Of a stretch of 64,000 bases of DNA, positions 1-9,499 are shown piece by piece. Below the pieces are notes generated by a model that was not told where the DNA came from, ran no database searches, and worked only from the letters and a program-made list of their open reading frames with translations. Every line of letters starts with the position of its first letter. Position 1 is the first letter of the stretch. The DNA lies in the NCBI GenBank assembly GCA_965213705.1, contig OZ243913.1, forward strand, positions 2,944,001 through 3,008,000. The letters run 5' to 3'. The translations under genes were made by a program, and so were the position numbers. This stretch comes from Trueperaceae bacterium. Its GTDB lineage: Bacteria > Deinococcota > Deinococci > Deinococcales > Trueperaceae.

Positions 1-1
1 G

Positions 2-1087
2 AAGACACCGCTACCCCGGCCCGAATCGCTGACGCTCTACGGTTTGGTGGGCGGCTACTCGCCTTTCAGCGACAGCGGTTGGCAGGGTTTGAGTGCGGTG
101 CCCGCACCCTGGACCTTCTCGAGCGCCGAACAAACCGTTCCCGTCGTCGACGTTTTGGCCGAAGACGAAAATGCCCAGGCTCAAGCCGTCGCCACCCGGA
201 CCCTGCCGGCGCTCCGCCGCGCCGCGCCCCCCGCCCCACCCCAAGAGAACCGTTGGCTGCTTCTCGTAGCCGGGGGTGTGGTCGTCGCCCTGGTCGGCCT
301 GGCCGGCCGTTTCACCGTACCCAAAACCGATTTCCACACGGGCTTGCCCGCGGACCACGAAGCCGCCCGCGCTCCCGTACCCGCGTCCGCACAAACCGAT
401 GAGGCGGCCGAACTTGCGAAAACTCCGCCGTCCGAGACCGCTCCCCCTGCGACCGCCGTAGCCGAGGACGAACCGTTCGAAGACACAGCCGCCGGGGAAC
501 CTGGGCCGGAGGCCGTCGTAGCTCAGGTCTTCGTCCCGGAGGGTGCTGAGGTTGAGAGTGCTGAAGTTGAGAGTGCCGAGGTTGAGAATGTTGAAGCTGA
601 GAGTGTTGAGCCGGAGGGCCTCGAGACCCAAAGCGTGGCGACCGAGGACGCCGAGGTGATGGACATTCAGACCGAGGCTGGTGAGGCGAGGGATACTCAG
701 ACGGCGGGCGCAACGTCCCAGGTCGCCGCGTCCCGGCCTGCAACCGGCCTAAAGCCTGAGCCAATCAAGCTGGACTTTGAAAGCCTCGAGCCGCTAAAAA
801 AACAGCCCAGCCAGGCGTCGGGAGCCAAGGGCAACCCCGAAGCCGCCTTTCCACTTGACGATGAGGCTCCGCCGTCAAGCGAAGCGAACCGACCCGAACG
901 GTTCACCCACAAGCCTGTTCCCGGACCGTCCGACACCCGTTCACCCGGAACCGAGCCCGCGAAAGCAACGGATGCGGGCCAGCTCGAGCCCACAAGGAGG
1001 GGTTGGAGCCGCGCGAACTGGTTTACCGCCGACGACGATACCGAGCTATGGCCGCAAACCGACGACCCCGAACAGTCTCAAACGTGA
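2..1087 (+). CDS. Hypothetical membrane-anchored protein with long acidic low-complexity tail (5' partial)
   Basis: Frame is open from base 2. One hydrophobic helix (WLLLVAGGVVVALVGLAG) is followed by an E/A/P/T-rich region. Confidence 0.6.
   Translation, partial: KTPLPRPESLTLYGLVGGYSPFSDSGWQGLSAVPAPWTFSSAEQTVPVVDVLAEDENAQAQAVATRTLPALRRAAPPAPPQENRWLLLVAGGVVVALVGLAGRFTVPKTDFHTGLPADHEAARAPVPASAQTDEAAELAKTPPSETAPPATAVAEDEPFEDTAAGEPGPEAVVAQVFVPEGAEVESAEVESAEVENVEAESVEPEGLETQSVATEDAEVMDIQTEAGEARDTQTAGATSQVAASRPATGLKPEPIKLDFESLEPLKKQPSQASGAKGNPEAAFPLDDEAPPSSEANRPERFTHKPVPGPSDTRSPGTEPAKATDAGQLEPTRRGWSRANWFTADDDTELWPQTDDPEQSQT
544..610 (+). repeat. In-frame 15-bp degenerate tandem repeat (AEVES/VEAES units)
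   Basis: gctgaggttgagagt gctgaagttgagagt gccgaggttgagaat gttgaagctgagagt. Confidence 0.85.
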
Positions 1088-1192
1088 AACATTCGTGACA
1101 AATTCCGGGTAAGATCCATTACAGTCATTTTGTCGCCCAGTACGGTTGAACGCTTTAAGAATTCAGCTCACAGAATACCGGAGGACTACCCT

Positions 1193-2710
1193 ATGGTCGC
1201 AACCCGTTCGCACGTGTCTCACTGGCTCAGCAGCCTTGTCGCCACCCTCGTTTTAGGCGGCACGATGGTTGCGACCAAAGCTGTCTTCAACGCCCCCCAA
1301 CCCGCCGAGATGCTGTTCAACTTCACGTCTCAATTTTTAGGCGTGCCCTGGGTCTTCAACCTCATTCACAGCTTGCCCGCCGGACTGGACGCCTACGCAA
1401 AATACGCGCTGTTCGGCGTTTCGACGCTTCTGCTTTTGGGCGTTTGGTTCGGCCTGGGCCTCCTTTATCCCAAACTCAGCGAGCGCCTGACCAAGTGGGG
1501 CGCGGACGCGTTCTACGCCCTAACGATGGTGGCGATAGTCGGGCTCATATTTATGCCCTTGCAAGGCTTGGGGCTGTTCGGCCTGAGCGAGTCCAACTTT
1601 TTTTATCCACCCTTGGCAAGTCACCTCTGGGCCGCGCTGTTCGGCTTGGTTTTCGGCTTCACCTTGCACGCCATGACCCTGTCGCCGCGGGGGTACAACG
1701 CGGGGCGGCGTGAGAGTCTGCGCAGCCTTGTCGGCGGCGCCGTCGCCATAGGTTTGGCGACGAGCGTGGGTCAATTTCTGGTGCGCGGCGTCGCCTACGC
1801 GCAAGAAGCGGCCGCCGCCCTCATCGCCAAAATCCAGGGCATTCCACCGGAAGTCACGCCGGTACCCGAGCACTACGTCGTCTCTAAAAACGTCTTCAAC
1901 CCGTCGGTGCCCGAGCGGGGTTGGCAGCTCAAAATCACCGGCATGGTCGACAACGAACTGTCGTTCAGCTTGGACGACCTCAAAGCTTTGCCCAGTGTGG
2001 AGCGAACCAGCACGCTGACTTGTATTTCAAACCAGGTCGGCGGCGACCTCATCGGCAACAGCGTCTGGACCGGGGTTTACCTAAACGACCTGTTGGTAAC
2101 CGCCGGAATCCAGGACGGCGCGGACGAACTCATCTTGCGCGCCGCCGACAACTACTCGGACTCGTTTCCGCTAGAAGCTGCGCGGCGCGAGGGGACCATC
2201 GTCGCTTACTTGCAAAACGGCGAACCCCTGACCCGCGACCACGGCTTTCCGGCGAGGGTCTTGGTCCCCGGCATCTACGGCATGAAAAACGTCAAGTGGG
2301 TGACCGAAATTGAACTGACCAACCAAGACTACAAAGGGTACTGGCAAACCCGCGGGTGGAGCGACCCCGCCATCGTCCAGACGATGAGCCGCATCGACAC
2401 CGCGACTGCGACCAAGCTCGACGACGGGACTTACGGCATTGGCGGAATCGCTTTTGCAGGCTTACGCGGTATCGAGCAGGTCGAGGTGTCGGTCGACAAC
2501 GGTCAAAGCTGGCAAACGGCCCAAGTCAAACCCGCCCTGAACGACCTGAGTTGGAACCTGTGGGGTTTCACCTGGGACGCCGAGCCGGGCACCTATCCTG
2601 TTGTTGTGCGGGCGACCGACGGCACCGGCGACACCCAAACCGCCGAGCCGAACCGCCCCTTACCCGACGGCGCGACGGGCTACCACATGGTCAACGTCAA
2701 GGTCACTTAA
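1193..2710 (+). CDS. Membrane-bound molybdopterin-dependent oxidoreductase, sulfite oxidase/MsrP-like family
   Basis: TLTCISN Mo-ligand Cys, NSVWTGV and HGFPARVLVPGIYGMKNVKWV motifs; N-terminal TM helices; GGAGGA RBS before ATG 1193. Confidence 0.9.
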   Translation: MVATRSHVSHWLSSLVATLVLGGTMVATKAVFNAPQPAEMLFNFTSQFLGVPWVFNLIHSLPAGLDAYAKYALFGVSTLLLLGVWFGLGLLYPKLSERLTKWGADAFYALTMVAIVGLIFMPLQGLGLFGLSESNFFYPPLASHLWAALFGLVFGFTLHAMTLSPRGYNAGRRESLRSLVGGAVAIGLATSVGQFLVRGVAYAQEAAAALIAKIQGIPPEVTPVPEHYVVSKNVFNPSVPERGWQLKITGMVDNELSFSLDDLKALPSVERTSTLTCISNQVGGDLIGNSVWTGVYLNDLLVTAGIQDGADELILRAADNYSDSFPLEAARREGTIVAYLQNGEPLTRDHGFPARVLVPGIYGMKNVKWVTEIELTNQDYKGYWQTRGWSDPAIVQTMSRIDTATATKLDDGTYGIGGIAFAGLRGIEQVEVSVDNGQSWQTAQVKPALNDLSWNLWGFTWDAEPGTYPVVVRATDGTGDTQTAEPNRPLPDGATGYHMVNVKVT

Positions 2711-2732
2711 CAGTCTGCCCAGAGTTTCAGTC

Positions 2733-2761
2733 AAGGGCTACCCATGTTGGGTAGCCTTTTT
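2733..2761 (+). terminator. Rho-independent terminator
   Basis: aagggctaccca-tgt-tgggtagcc followed by a T-run, just after the oxidoreductase stop. Confidence 0.85.
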
Positions 2762-2863
2762 GTCGTGCTATTTGGTACAGAAAACCAGGGGTTTTCTACG
2801 TGTTCGGGAGGGTGCTTACAGGTTTTGAACACTCTGCCGGGTCCGTATGGGAACCAACCGACC

Positions 2864-2891
2864 TTGACAAACCCCCACTTGTCCTTATAAT
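2864..2891 (+). promoter_or_regulatory. Consensus sigma70 promoter of topA
   Basis: TTGACA (2864-2869), 16 nt spacer, TATAAT (2886-2891); AAAGGAG RBS downstream. Confidence 0.85.
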
Positions 2892-2912
2892 AAGCACGCA
2901 ACAAAGGAGCTT

Positions 2913-5843
2913 ATGAGTCAAGCCAAACAACTGAAACGCCTCGTCATCGTCGAATCCCCGACCAAGGCCAAGACGATTCGGCGGTTTTTGCCCGGCAACG
3001 GTTACCAAATTGAGGCCAGCATGGGCCACGTCCGCGACCTGCCCGCCAAGGCCGACGAGATTCCCGCCGACCTCAAAAAGCAACCTTGGGCGCGCATCGG
3101 CGTGAACGTCGCAAACGACTTCGAGCCGCTCTACATCGTGTCGCCGAAGAAGAAAAAAGTGGTGAGCCAGCTCAGGGACGCGCTCAAAAAGGCCGACGAA
3201 CTCTACATCGCGACCGACGAAGACCGCGAGGGCGAGAGTATCGGCTGGCACCTCGTCGAAGTGCTGAAGCCGAAAATCCCGGTGCGCCGCATGGTCTTTC
3301 ACGAGATTACCGAGGACGCCATTTTGCGCGCCCTCGACGAGACGCGCGACATTGACCACAACCTGGTCGACGCGCAGGAAACCCGGCGCGTGCTCGACCG
3401 GCTGGTGGGCTACACCATCTCGCCGCTGCTCTGGAAGAAAATCGCCCCTAAGCTGTCCGCCGGCCGCGTGCAGAGTGTGGCGGTACGACTCATGGTGCTG
3501 CGCGAAAAGGAGCGCATCGCGTTCGTCCCGGCGGGGTATTGGGACTTAAAGGCGGTGCTCGAGAAGTCACCCAACCGCTTCGAAGCCGTCATGACCCACT
3601 TCGGCGGTACTCGCTTGGCGACCGGCCGCGACTTCGACGACAACACCGGCAAACTCAAAGAGGGGCTTGTCGCCGGCAAAGACGTGTTGCTGATGGGCGA
3701 GGCGCAAGCCAGAGACCTCTCCGAACGCCTCCCGAACGAACCCTGGCGCGTCGCTAAAGTCGAGGAACGCATGGCGACCCGCTCGCCGAGCGCGCCCTTC
3801 ACCACCTCGACGCTGCAACAAGAGGCAAGCCGAAAACTCGGGCTGTCGGCTCGAGACACGATGCGCGTGGCGCAGGGCCTATATGAAAACGGCCACATCA
3901 CTTACATGCGCACCGACTCGACGAACCTGTCGCAAGAAGCCGTCGACGCGAGCCGTCGGGCAATCAAAACCCGCTACGGCGAGGAGTACCTGAGCCCCAG
4001 ACCGCGCCGCTACGCCACCAAGTCCAAGAGCGCCCAGGAAGCGCACGAGGCCATTCGGCCCGCGGGCAAGGCGATGAAAACGCGCGAAGAATTACACCTC
4101 TCGGGCATCGAGGCGCGGCTCTACGACCTCATCTGGAAGCGCACCGTCGCCACGCAGATGGCCGACGCCAAGCTACGCTTCGTCACTGCAACGATTGAAG
4201 CGGGTACGGGTGACGACATCGCCACCTTCCGCGCCAGCGGCCGCACGACCGTGTTCCCCGGCTTTTTTCGCGCCTACGTCGAAGGGTCGGACGACCCCGA
4301 CGCCGCCCTCGAGGACCGCGAGCAACCCCTGCCCGCCCTCAAGGAAGGCGACACGCTGACCTGCAAAGACCTAGAAGCCCTGGGTCACGAAACCAAGCCC
4401 CCGGCCCGCTACACCGAAGCGTCGCTCGTCAAGCTGTTGGAGAGCGAGGGCATCGGCCGGCCGAGCACGTATGCCAGCATCATCGACACGGTCGTCGGGC
4501 GCGGCTACGCGCGCAAGTCCGGCAGCCAACTCGTGCCGACCTTTACGGCTTTTGCCGTAAACAACCTCATGGAGCAGCAGTTCGAGCAACTTGTCGATAC
4601 CGGCTTCACCTCCGACATGGAGCAGCGGCTCGACGACATCGCCACGGGCACCCTCAAAGCGACGCCCTATCTGAAAGACTTTTACCTCGGCAAGGCCGGC
4701 CTCGAGACGCGGGTCGAAGCGGGGTTGGAAGCCATCGACGCCCGCGAAACCTCCACCTTGTCGTTCCCGCAGTGGGGTGACTTAGTCGTGCGCGTCGGGC
4801 GCTACGGCCCCTACGTGGACGGCGAGGTGAACGGCGAACGCCTGACGACCTCGCTTCCCGAAGACTTGGCCCCCGCCGACGTGACGAAGGAGGGGTTGCT
4901 CGAGCTGCTCGAGAAGGGCAACGCCTCCGACGAGACCGTGGGCACCTTCCCCGAGACCGACCAGCCCATGCTGCTGCGGAGCGGCCCTTACGGCCCCTAC
5001 CTGCAACTCGGCGACGACGACCAGGAGGGCAAACCCAAGCGCGTCTCACTGCCCAAGGGCATGGAACCCAGAGACGTGAACGCGCAAAACGCCGCGCGGC
5101 TGTTGGAGCTGCCCCGCACTTTAGGGGCCGACCCCGAGACGGGCGAACTCATCAAGGCCAACATCGGGCGCTTTGGGCCGTACGTGCAGCGGAACCGAAC
5201 GTTCGCCTCGATTCCCAAAGAGGAAAGTGTGCTCGAAGTAGGCCTCGAGCGCGCCCTCGAACTAATCAAGAAAAAAGCGGGCAAAAGCCAGGCCCTGCGC
5301 ATCGTCGGCAACCACCCGGACACAGGCGAGCCCATCGAGGTGCGCGACGGGCGCTACGGCCCTTACGTCAAACACCGCAAGACGAACGCCTCGCTGCAAG
5401 ACGGCCAAAAACCTGAGACGGTTTCCCTGCAAGAAGCGGTGCAACTGCTCGCCGCAAGAGAAGCGAGTACGGGCGGTCCGAAAAAATCCAGGGCGAAGTC
5501 GTCCAAAGCTCGAGCCACCAAGTCCAAAACCTCAGCAAAACCCAGAACGACCACCAAAACCGCTGCCAAGAAACCCAAGAAAGCTGCTAAACCCAAAGCG
5601 AGCGGCCCCAAAGCCACGCCCAAAGACTTAGAACCCTTTTTAGGCGAACTCGACCAAAACGTGCGCGACGTGGTGGTGCGTTTGGAAGGCATGGAAAAGC
5701 GTAAACCTCAAGCTGTCGCCGTTATCACCGGCGAACTCGGTTTGAGTGAGGAAGAGGTCAAGGCGGCCCACAAACGCGGCATGTTCAAGCTGCGGATGGC
5801 CTACGGCCGCGCTCGGAAAGACGCTGAAGCGGCAGTGGCGTAA
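2913..5843 (+). CDS. topA: Type IA DNA topoisomerase I with C-terminal Topo_C repeats, Lys/Ala-rich linker and terminal HTH-like domain
   Basis: [37 protein letters not shown] (catalytic Tyr) and [10 protein letters not shown] motifs; repeated GRYGPYV. Confidence 0.97.
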   Translation: MSQAKQLKRLVIVESPTKAKTIRRFLPGNGYQIEASMGHVRDLPAKADEIPADLKKQPWARIGVNVANDFEPLYIVSPKKKKVVSQLRDALKKADELYIATDEDREGESIGWHLVEVLKPKIPVRRMVFHEITEDAILRALDETRDIDHNLVDAQETRRVLDRLVGYTISPLLWKKIAPKLSAGRVQSVAVRLMVLREKERIAFVPAGYWDLKAVLEKSPNRFEAVMTHFGGTRLATGRDFDDNTGKLKEGLVAGKDVLLMGEAQARDLSERLPNEPWRVAKVEERMATRSPSAPFTTSTLQQEASRKLGLSARDTMRVAQGLYENGHITYMRTDSTNLSQEAVDASRRAIKTRYGEEYLSPRPRRYATKSKSAQEAHEAIRPAGKAMKTREELHLSGIEARLYDLIWKRTVATQMADAKLRFVTATIEAGTGDDIATFRASGRTTVFPGFFRAYVEGSDDPDAALEDREQPLPALKEGDTLTCKDLEALGHETKPPARYTEASLVKLLESEGIGRPSTYASIIDTVVGRGYARKSGSQLVPTFTAFAVNNLMEQQFEQLVDTGFTSDMEQRLDDIATGTLKATPYLKDFYLGKAGLETRVEAGLEAIDARETSTLSFPQWGDLVVRVGRYGPYVDGEVNGERLTTSLPEDLAPADVTKEGLLELLEKGNASDETVGTFPETDQPMLLRSGPYGPYLQLGDDDQEGKPKRVSLPKGMEPRDVNAQNAARLLELPRTLGADPETGELIKANIGRFGPYVQRNRTFASIPKEESVLEVGLERALELIKKKAGKSQALRIVGNHPDTGEPIEVRDGRYGPYVKHRKTNASLQDGQKPETVSLQEAVQLLAAREASTGGPKKSRAKSSKARATKSKTSAKPRTTTKTAAKKPKKAAKPKASGPKATPKDLEPFLGELDQNVRDVVVRLEGMEKRKPQAVAVITGELGLSEEEVKAAHKRGMFKLRMAYGRARKDAEAAVA

Positions 5844-6134
5844 ATGATGAGCGAGGTCGCTCAAACCCTCAACCTCATCACCCTCGCCAAGGGCAACCCG
5901 AGCGGGTCGGCGGTGCCGGGGACGGGCCTCGAGACGCTGCTGGTCGAAACGAAGGAAAGTTTGCAGCTCGAGCACCCCCTGTGGCTTCTTGTGCTGGACG
6001 GCGAACTCATCATCGACCTACCCCACGGCGACTTTCGCATCCTCAAACCGGGCGACTGTATTCACTTAGAACAAGGCTTGAAGGTGAGTTTGCAACCGCT
6101 CGAGAGTGCGGTGGTGGTACGGCAGCGCGGTTAG
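5844..6134 (+). CDS. Small cupin-fold protein
   Basis: LLVLDGELIIDLP and LKPGDCIHL cupin-like motifs; abuts the topA stop. Confidence 0.7.
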   Translation: MMSEVAQTLNLITLAKGNPSGSAVPGTGLETLLVETKESLQLEHPLWLLVLDGELIIDLPHGDFRILKPGDCIHLEQGLKVSLQPLESAVVVRQRG

Positions 6135-6139
6135 CGCCC

Positions 6140-6850
6140 GTGGAGGCCGCGCGAGTCGTCGTTACCGAGCGCTATCCAGATTGCCACGTCGCCCTCCTCG
6201 CGGGCAGCGTCGTCCGCGGTGAGGCAACAGAAACTTCTGACTTAGACCTCGTCGTCGTTACCGCTTCACCTGCTGCACCTTTTCGAGAGTCCTTCATGGC
6301 CCACGCTTGGCCGGTCGAGGCGTTCGTCCACACTCGAGCCTCGCTCGCAGAGTTTTTCAAAACCGATGCTGAACGCCACAGGCCGTCGCTGCCCAACATG
6401 TGCGCAGAAAGTACCGTTATCAAAAACGACGGCTCGGCGCGGGCTATCAAAGAAGAGGCTGAGGCTTTGCTCGAGGCCGGTCCACCCCCGCTCACCGAAA
6501 CCGAGTTGAGGCAGGCGAGGTACACCCTTACTGACTTGCTCGATGACTTTTCAGGGGCAAAAAATCAGCTCGAGGCCACCTTCGTTCTAGCTGAAGTGCT
6601 GCCGTCACTGTGCGACTTTATCTTCGACACGCGCGGGCAGTGGCGAGGCGGCAGCAAGTGGAACCCGCGCAAGCTTGCAAAGCTAGACGCTGATTTATAC
6701 GGGCAGCTTGAAGCGGCACTCGAGTTTTTCGCCAAACGTGAAGAGCGCGGCGCACTGACAACTTTTGTTGAGGGAGTGCTCGAGCCGTTCGGCGGGCAGC
6801 TGTTTGACGGCTTCAGCTTGGGCAAAAATCCAGCGCAAAATTCTGATTAG
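6140..6850 (+). CDS. Nucleotidyltransferase domain protein (start uncertain)
   Basis: LLAGSVVRGEATETSDLDLVV matches the GS..DxD pol-beta NTase motif; helical C-terminal domain. Confidence 0.8.
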   Translation: MEAARVVVTERYPDCHVALLAGSVVRGEATETSDLDLVVVTASPAAPFRESFMAHAWPVEAFVHTRASLAEFFKTDAERHRPSLPNMCAESTVIKNDGSARAIKEEAEALLEAGPPPLTETELRQARYTLTDLLDDFSGAKNQLEATFVLAEVLPSLCDFIFDTRGQWRGGSKWNPRKLAKLDADLYGQLEAALEFFAKREERGALTTFVEGVLEPFGGQLFDGFSLGKNPAQNSD

Positions 6851-6868
6851 TCCAAAGTGCAGAGCAGC

Positions 6869-7132
6869 TTAACCAAAAGACTCTTGCAAGTCTTCAGGCA
6901 CGGCGTCGTGGCCTTCGGCGGATACGTCCGGCACGCCGTTGAGCACCCATCGGTAAGCATCGGCGTCAGCGCGGCTCGCCCTTTCCTTGAGGTAAGCTTC
7001 AGCGTCGAGCGCGGATACCTTCTCGGCTACAGCGAGCGTGATGAGTTGGTTGATGGAGATGCCTTCCCGCTTGGCGAGGTCACGCACGTAGCTGTGCAAA
7101 TGGTCGGGCAAACGCAAGTTCAGGCTGCTCAT
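6869..7132 (-). CDS. Ribbon-helix-helix (HicB-like) antitoxin
   Basis: SLNLRLPDHLH and LAKREGISINQLITLAVAEK RHH pattern; ATGA overlap with the PIN gene stop. Confidence 0.85.
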   Translation of the reverse strand: MSSLNLRLPDHLHSYVRDLAKREGISINQLITLAVAEKVSALDAEAYLKERASRADADAYRWVLNGVPDVSAEGHDAVPEDLQESFG

Positions 7133-7551
7133 GGTTTCCATCCTTTCTGAATGAGGTTTCGGAACAGCGTAGCGGGGTCGATGGCTTGCACGTCCAAAGT
7201 TTTGCTCCCTACAAAGTCACCAAGATTATAAGTAACGATGGCGGCGTTTGCGTTCACGGCAAGTTCTAAAAGTAGGTCGTCCTTGGGGTCGCGTAGATAG
7301 GGTCGCCACAGGTAGTTCAACTTTACGAGAAGCGCGTGGGCACACAAGGTATCCAGTAAGGTATCAACTTGTTTATGTGTCAGTGGCACCATGCCGGGAC
7401 GCTTCAAAACGGCTTCATACTCGAGCACCAAAGCCACAGACAGGCAGACCTCCATAGGTAACGTTTGTAAGTTCGCTAAAATCTGGTAGGAGAGTCCTCT
7501 TTTGGAGCGCAAACCAGCTACGAGAATGTTCGTATCGAGCACTACCCTCAC
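7129..7551 (-). CDS. PIN-domain toxin of a putative toxin-antitoxin pair
   Basis: MRVVLDTNILV, LEYE, RDPKDD and IVTYNLGDF PIN motifs; lower GC than flanks. Confidence 0.9.
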   Translation of the reverse strand: MRVVLDTNILVAGLRSKRGLSYQILANLQTLPMEVCLSVALVLEYEAVLKRPGMVPLTHKQVDTLLDTLCAHALLVKLNYLWRPYLRDPKDDLLLELAVNANAAIVTYNLGDFVGSKTLDVQAIDPATLFRNLIQKGWKP

Positions 7552-7655
7552 GTTTGCATAGTATCATATGTGGTGCAACCAATTTTTGTCAGCTTCATTC
7601 TAAATATCTTCCCAAAGCAACAAAACCTAGTCGCTTCAAGCGGTAAACTGTCCAG

Positions 7656-8393
7656 GTGAGCCAACGCTATCACGTCAACGAGGGCATCGTCATCCGCCGC
7701 CACGCGCTGCCGAGCGGAGACGTCATCGTCACGCTCTTCAGCGAGGCGGGCAAATGGCGCGGCAAGGCCAAACAGGGCAAGCGTCTAGGCGGCAACCTCG
7801 GCAAGTTGAGCTTGTTTCACGACGTCACGGTGCAACACTACCGCCGCGGCGACGACGACCTCTCCCTCATCACGCAGGTGCAACTGAACGGCGCGCTGCC
7901 GAAACTGAGCAACCCGGCGGTTTACCCTTACGCGCACATTTTGGCCGAACTGCTCGACAAGCTCACCGTGGACGTTCACGTGGGCGAGGAAATGTACGCC
8001 TACTTCGCGAGCGGCTTACGCGGCCTCAACCAGCACACTGACCCCGAGGCGGTCGCGCTCGTTTATGTGTGGCGGCTGTTGCAACAGGCGGGTTTGTCGC
8101 CGAGCGTGACGCGCTGCGCCGTGTGCGGCTCGAGTCAGGTCGGCACCACCTTCGACGTGGGCTCCGGCGGTTTGACCTGCGAAACGTGCAACGTGGGCAT
8201 CACCCTCTCGAGCGAAATGGTCGGCGACCTCGTCACCCTGCTGACCGGCACGGTGCGGGGGGCGTTGGGCGTGGCGCTTGTCAACCGGAACCTCCACTGG
8301 ACGCTGCTCCAACGCTACACGGCCTACCACGTCGGCGATTTGCGCAGTTTGAGCTCGCTGCACCGCCTCGGGACGGACAGCGTGCGTGGTTAG
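7656..8393 (+). CDS. recO: DNA repair protein RecO
   Basis: N-terminal OB-fold pattern (EGIVIRR...DVIVTLFS), CxxC...CxxC zinc finger; -10 TAAACT 6 nt before the GTG. Confidence 0.9.
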   Translation: MSQRYHVNEGIVIRRHALPSGDVIVTLFSEAGKWRGKAKQGKRLGGNLGKLSLFHDVTVQHYRRGDDDLSLITQVQLNGALPKLSNPAVYPYAHILAELLDKLTVDVHVGEEMYAYFASGLRGLNQHTDPEAVALVYVWRLLQQAGLSPSVTRCAVCGSSQVGTTFDVGSGGLTCETCNVGITLSSEMVGDLVTLLTGTVRGALGVALVNRNLHWTLLQRYTAYHVGDLRSLSSLHRLGTDSVRG

Positions 8394-8982
8394 CGCCCTC
8401 GTCGCGCTCGCTGTGGGCTACCTGCTCGGCTCGTTTCCGAGCGCTTACCTCCTCGCCAAACTGAGGGGTGAAAACATCTTCAAGGTCGGCTCGGGCAACA
8501 TGGGCGCGATGAACACCGCGCGCAACTTGGGTTACGGGCTCGGGGCGATGGTGCTGTTGCTGGATGTAGGCAAGGGCGCGCTGGCGAGTTACGTCGGGCT
8601 GACGCTTCCGGGCGACACTCTCCTCCCCGCGCTGCTGGCCGGCATCGGCGCGGTGGCGGGCCACGCCTGGCCGATTTTCCTGGGCTTTCGGGGCGGCGGC
8701 AAGGCGCTGGCGACGACGCTCGGGACGACGCTGCCGCTTTACCCGCTGGTGGGTCTGCTGGGTTTAGCGCTGATGATTGTCTTGACGTTGGCCTCAAAAC
8801 GCAGCACGCTGGCGGCAGTCGTCACCGTCGTGCTTTATCCGGCGATTGTGTACGTGGTCTCGAGCCTGCAGTACGGCCCCCGCGGACAGCTCGGACTCGT
8901 GCTGTTCTGCACCGGAGTCGTCGCGCTCATCGTCGTGGTGCGGCATGTCCCTTCGCTGCGGCAGGAGTCCGGCCAAGCTTGA
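8386..8982 (+). CDS. plsY: Glycerol-3-phosphate acyltransferase
   Basis: YLLGS, GSGNMGAMN, DVGKG and GHAWPIFLGFRGGGK motifs. Confidence 0.93.
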   Translation: MVSALVALAVGYLLGSFPSAYLLAKLRGENIFKVGSGNMGAMNTARNLGYGLGAMVLLLDVGKGALASYVGLTLPGDTLLPALLAGIGAVAGHAWPIFLGFRGGGKALATTLGTTLPLYPLVGLLGLALMIVLTLASKRSTLAAVVTVVLYPAIVYVVSSLQYGPRGQLGLVLFCTGVVALIVVVRHVPSLRQESGQA

Positions 8983-9497
8983 TTGTGCTGCTCAACGGCA
9001 CTTTCGGCGTGGGCAAAACGTCGGTGGCGCAGGTGCTCGCCAAAACCCTCCCGAACGCCCTGCTCTTCGACCCCGAGGAGGTCGGGCAGATGGTCCGCCG
9101 CGTTACGCAAGAAGTGCGCAGCGGCGCGGAAACCAGCGACGATTTTCAGGACATCGCCCTCTGGCGCAGCTTGACGATTACGCCTGCGGCGGGCCTGGTT
9201 GAAAAGTACGGGCGCGACCTCGTCGTGCCGATGACGCTTGTGGACACGGCTTACCTCGAGGAAATCCGCACCGGCTTGAGCGAAGTGTCAGGGCCGTTGC
9301 ACCATTTTTGTTTGACCGCGCCCCTGGAAGTCGTCCAACACCGACTCTTGCAACGGGGCGACCTTCCCGGCAGTTGGCCCTGGCAACGGACGCTTTCCTA
9401 TTATTTGCGTTTTGAGGACGAGCACTGCCGCGTTCATATCGCCACTGAAAACCGCACGCCGCAGGATGTCGCCGAACTCGTCCTCAACTTTATTTGA
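8979..9497 (+). CDS. P-loop kinase/AAA family protein (TmrB-like)
   Basis: MIVLLNGTFGVGKTS Walker A followed by FDPEEVG. Confidence 0.8.
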   Translation: MIVLLNGTFGVGKTSVAQVLAKTLPNALLFDPEEVGQMVRRVTQEVRSGAETSDDFQDIALWRSLTITPAAGLVEKYGRDLVVPMTLVDTAYLEEIRTGLSEVSGPLHHFCLTAPLEVVQHRLLQRGDLPGSWPWQRTLSYYLRFEDEHCRVHIATENRTPQDVAELVLNFI

Positions 9498-9499
9498 GC

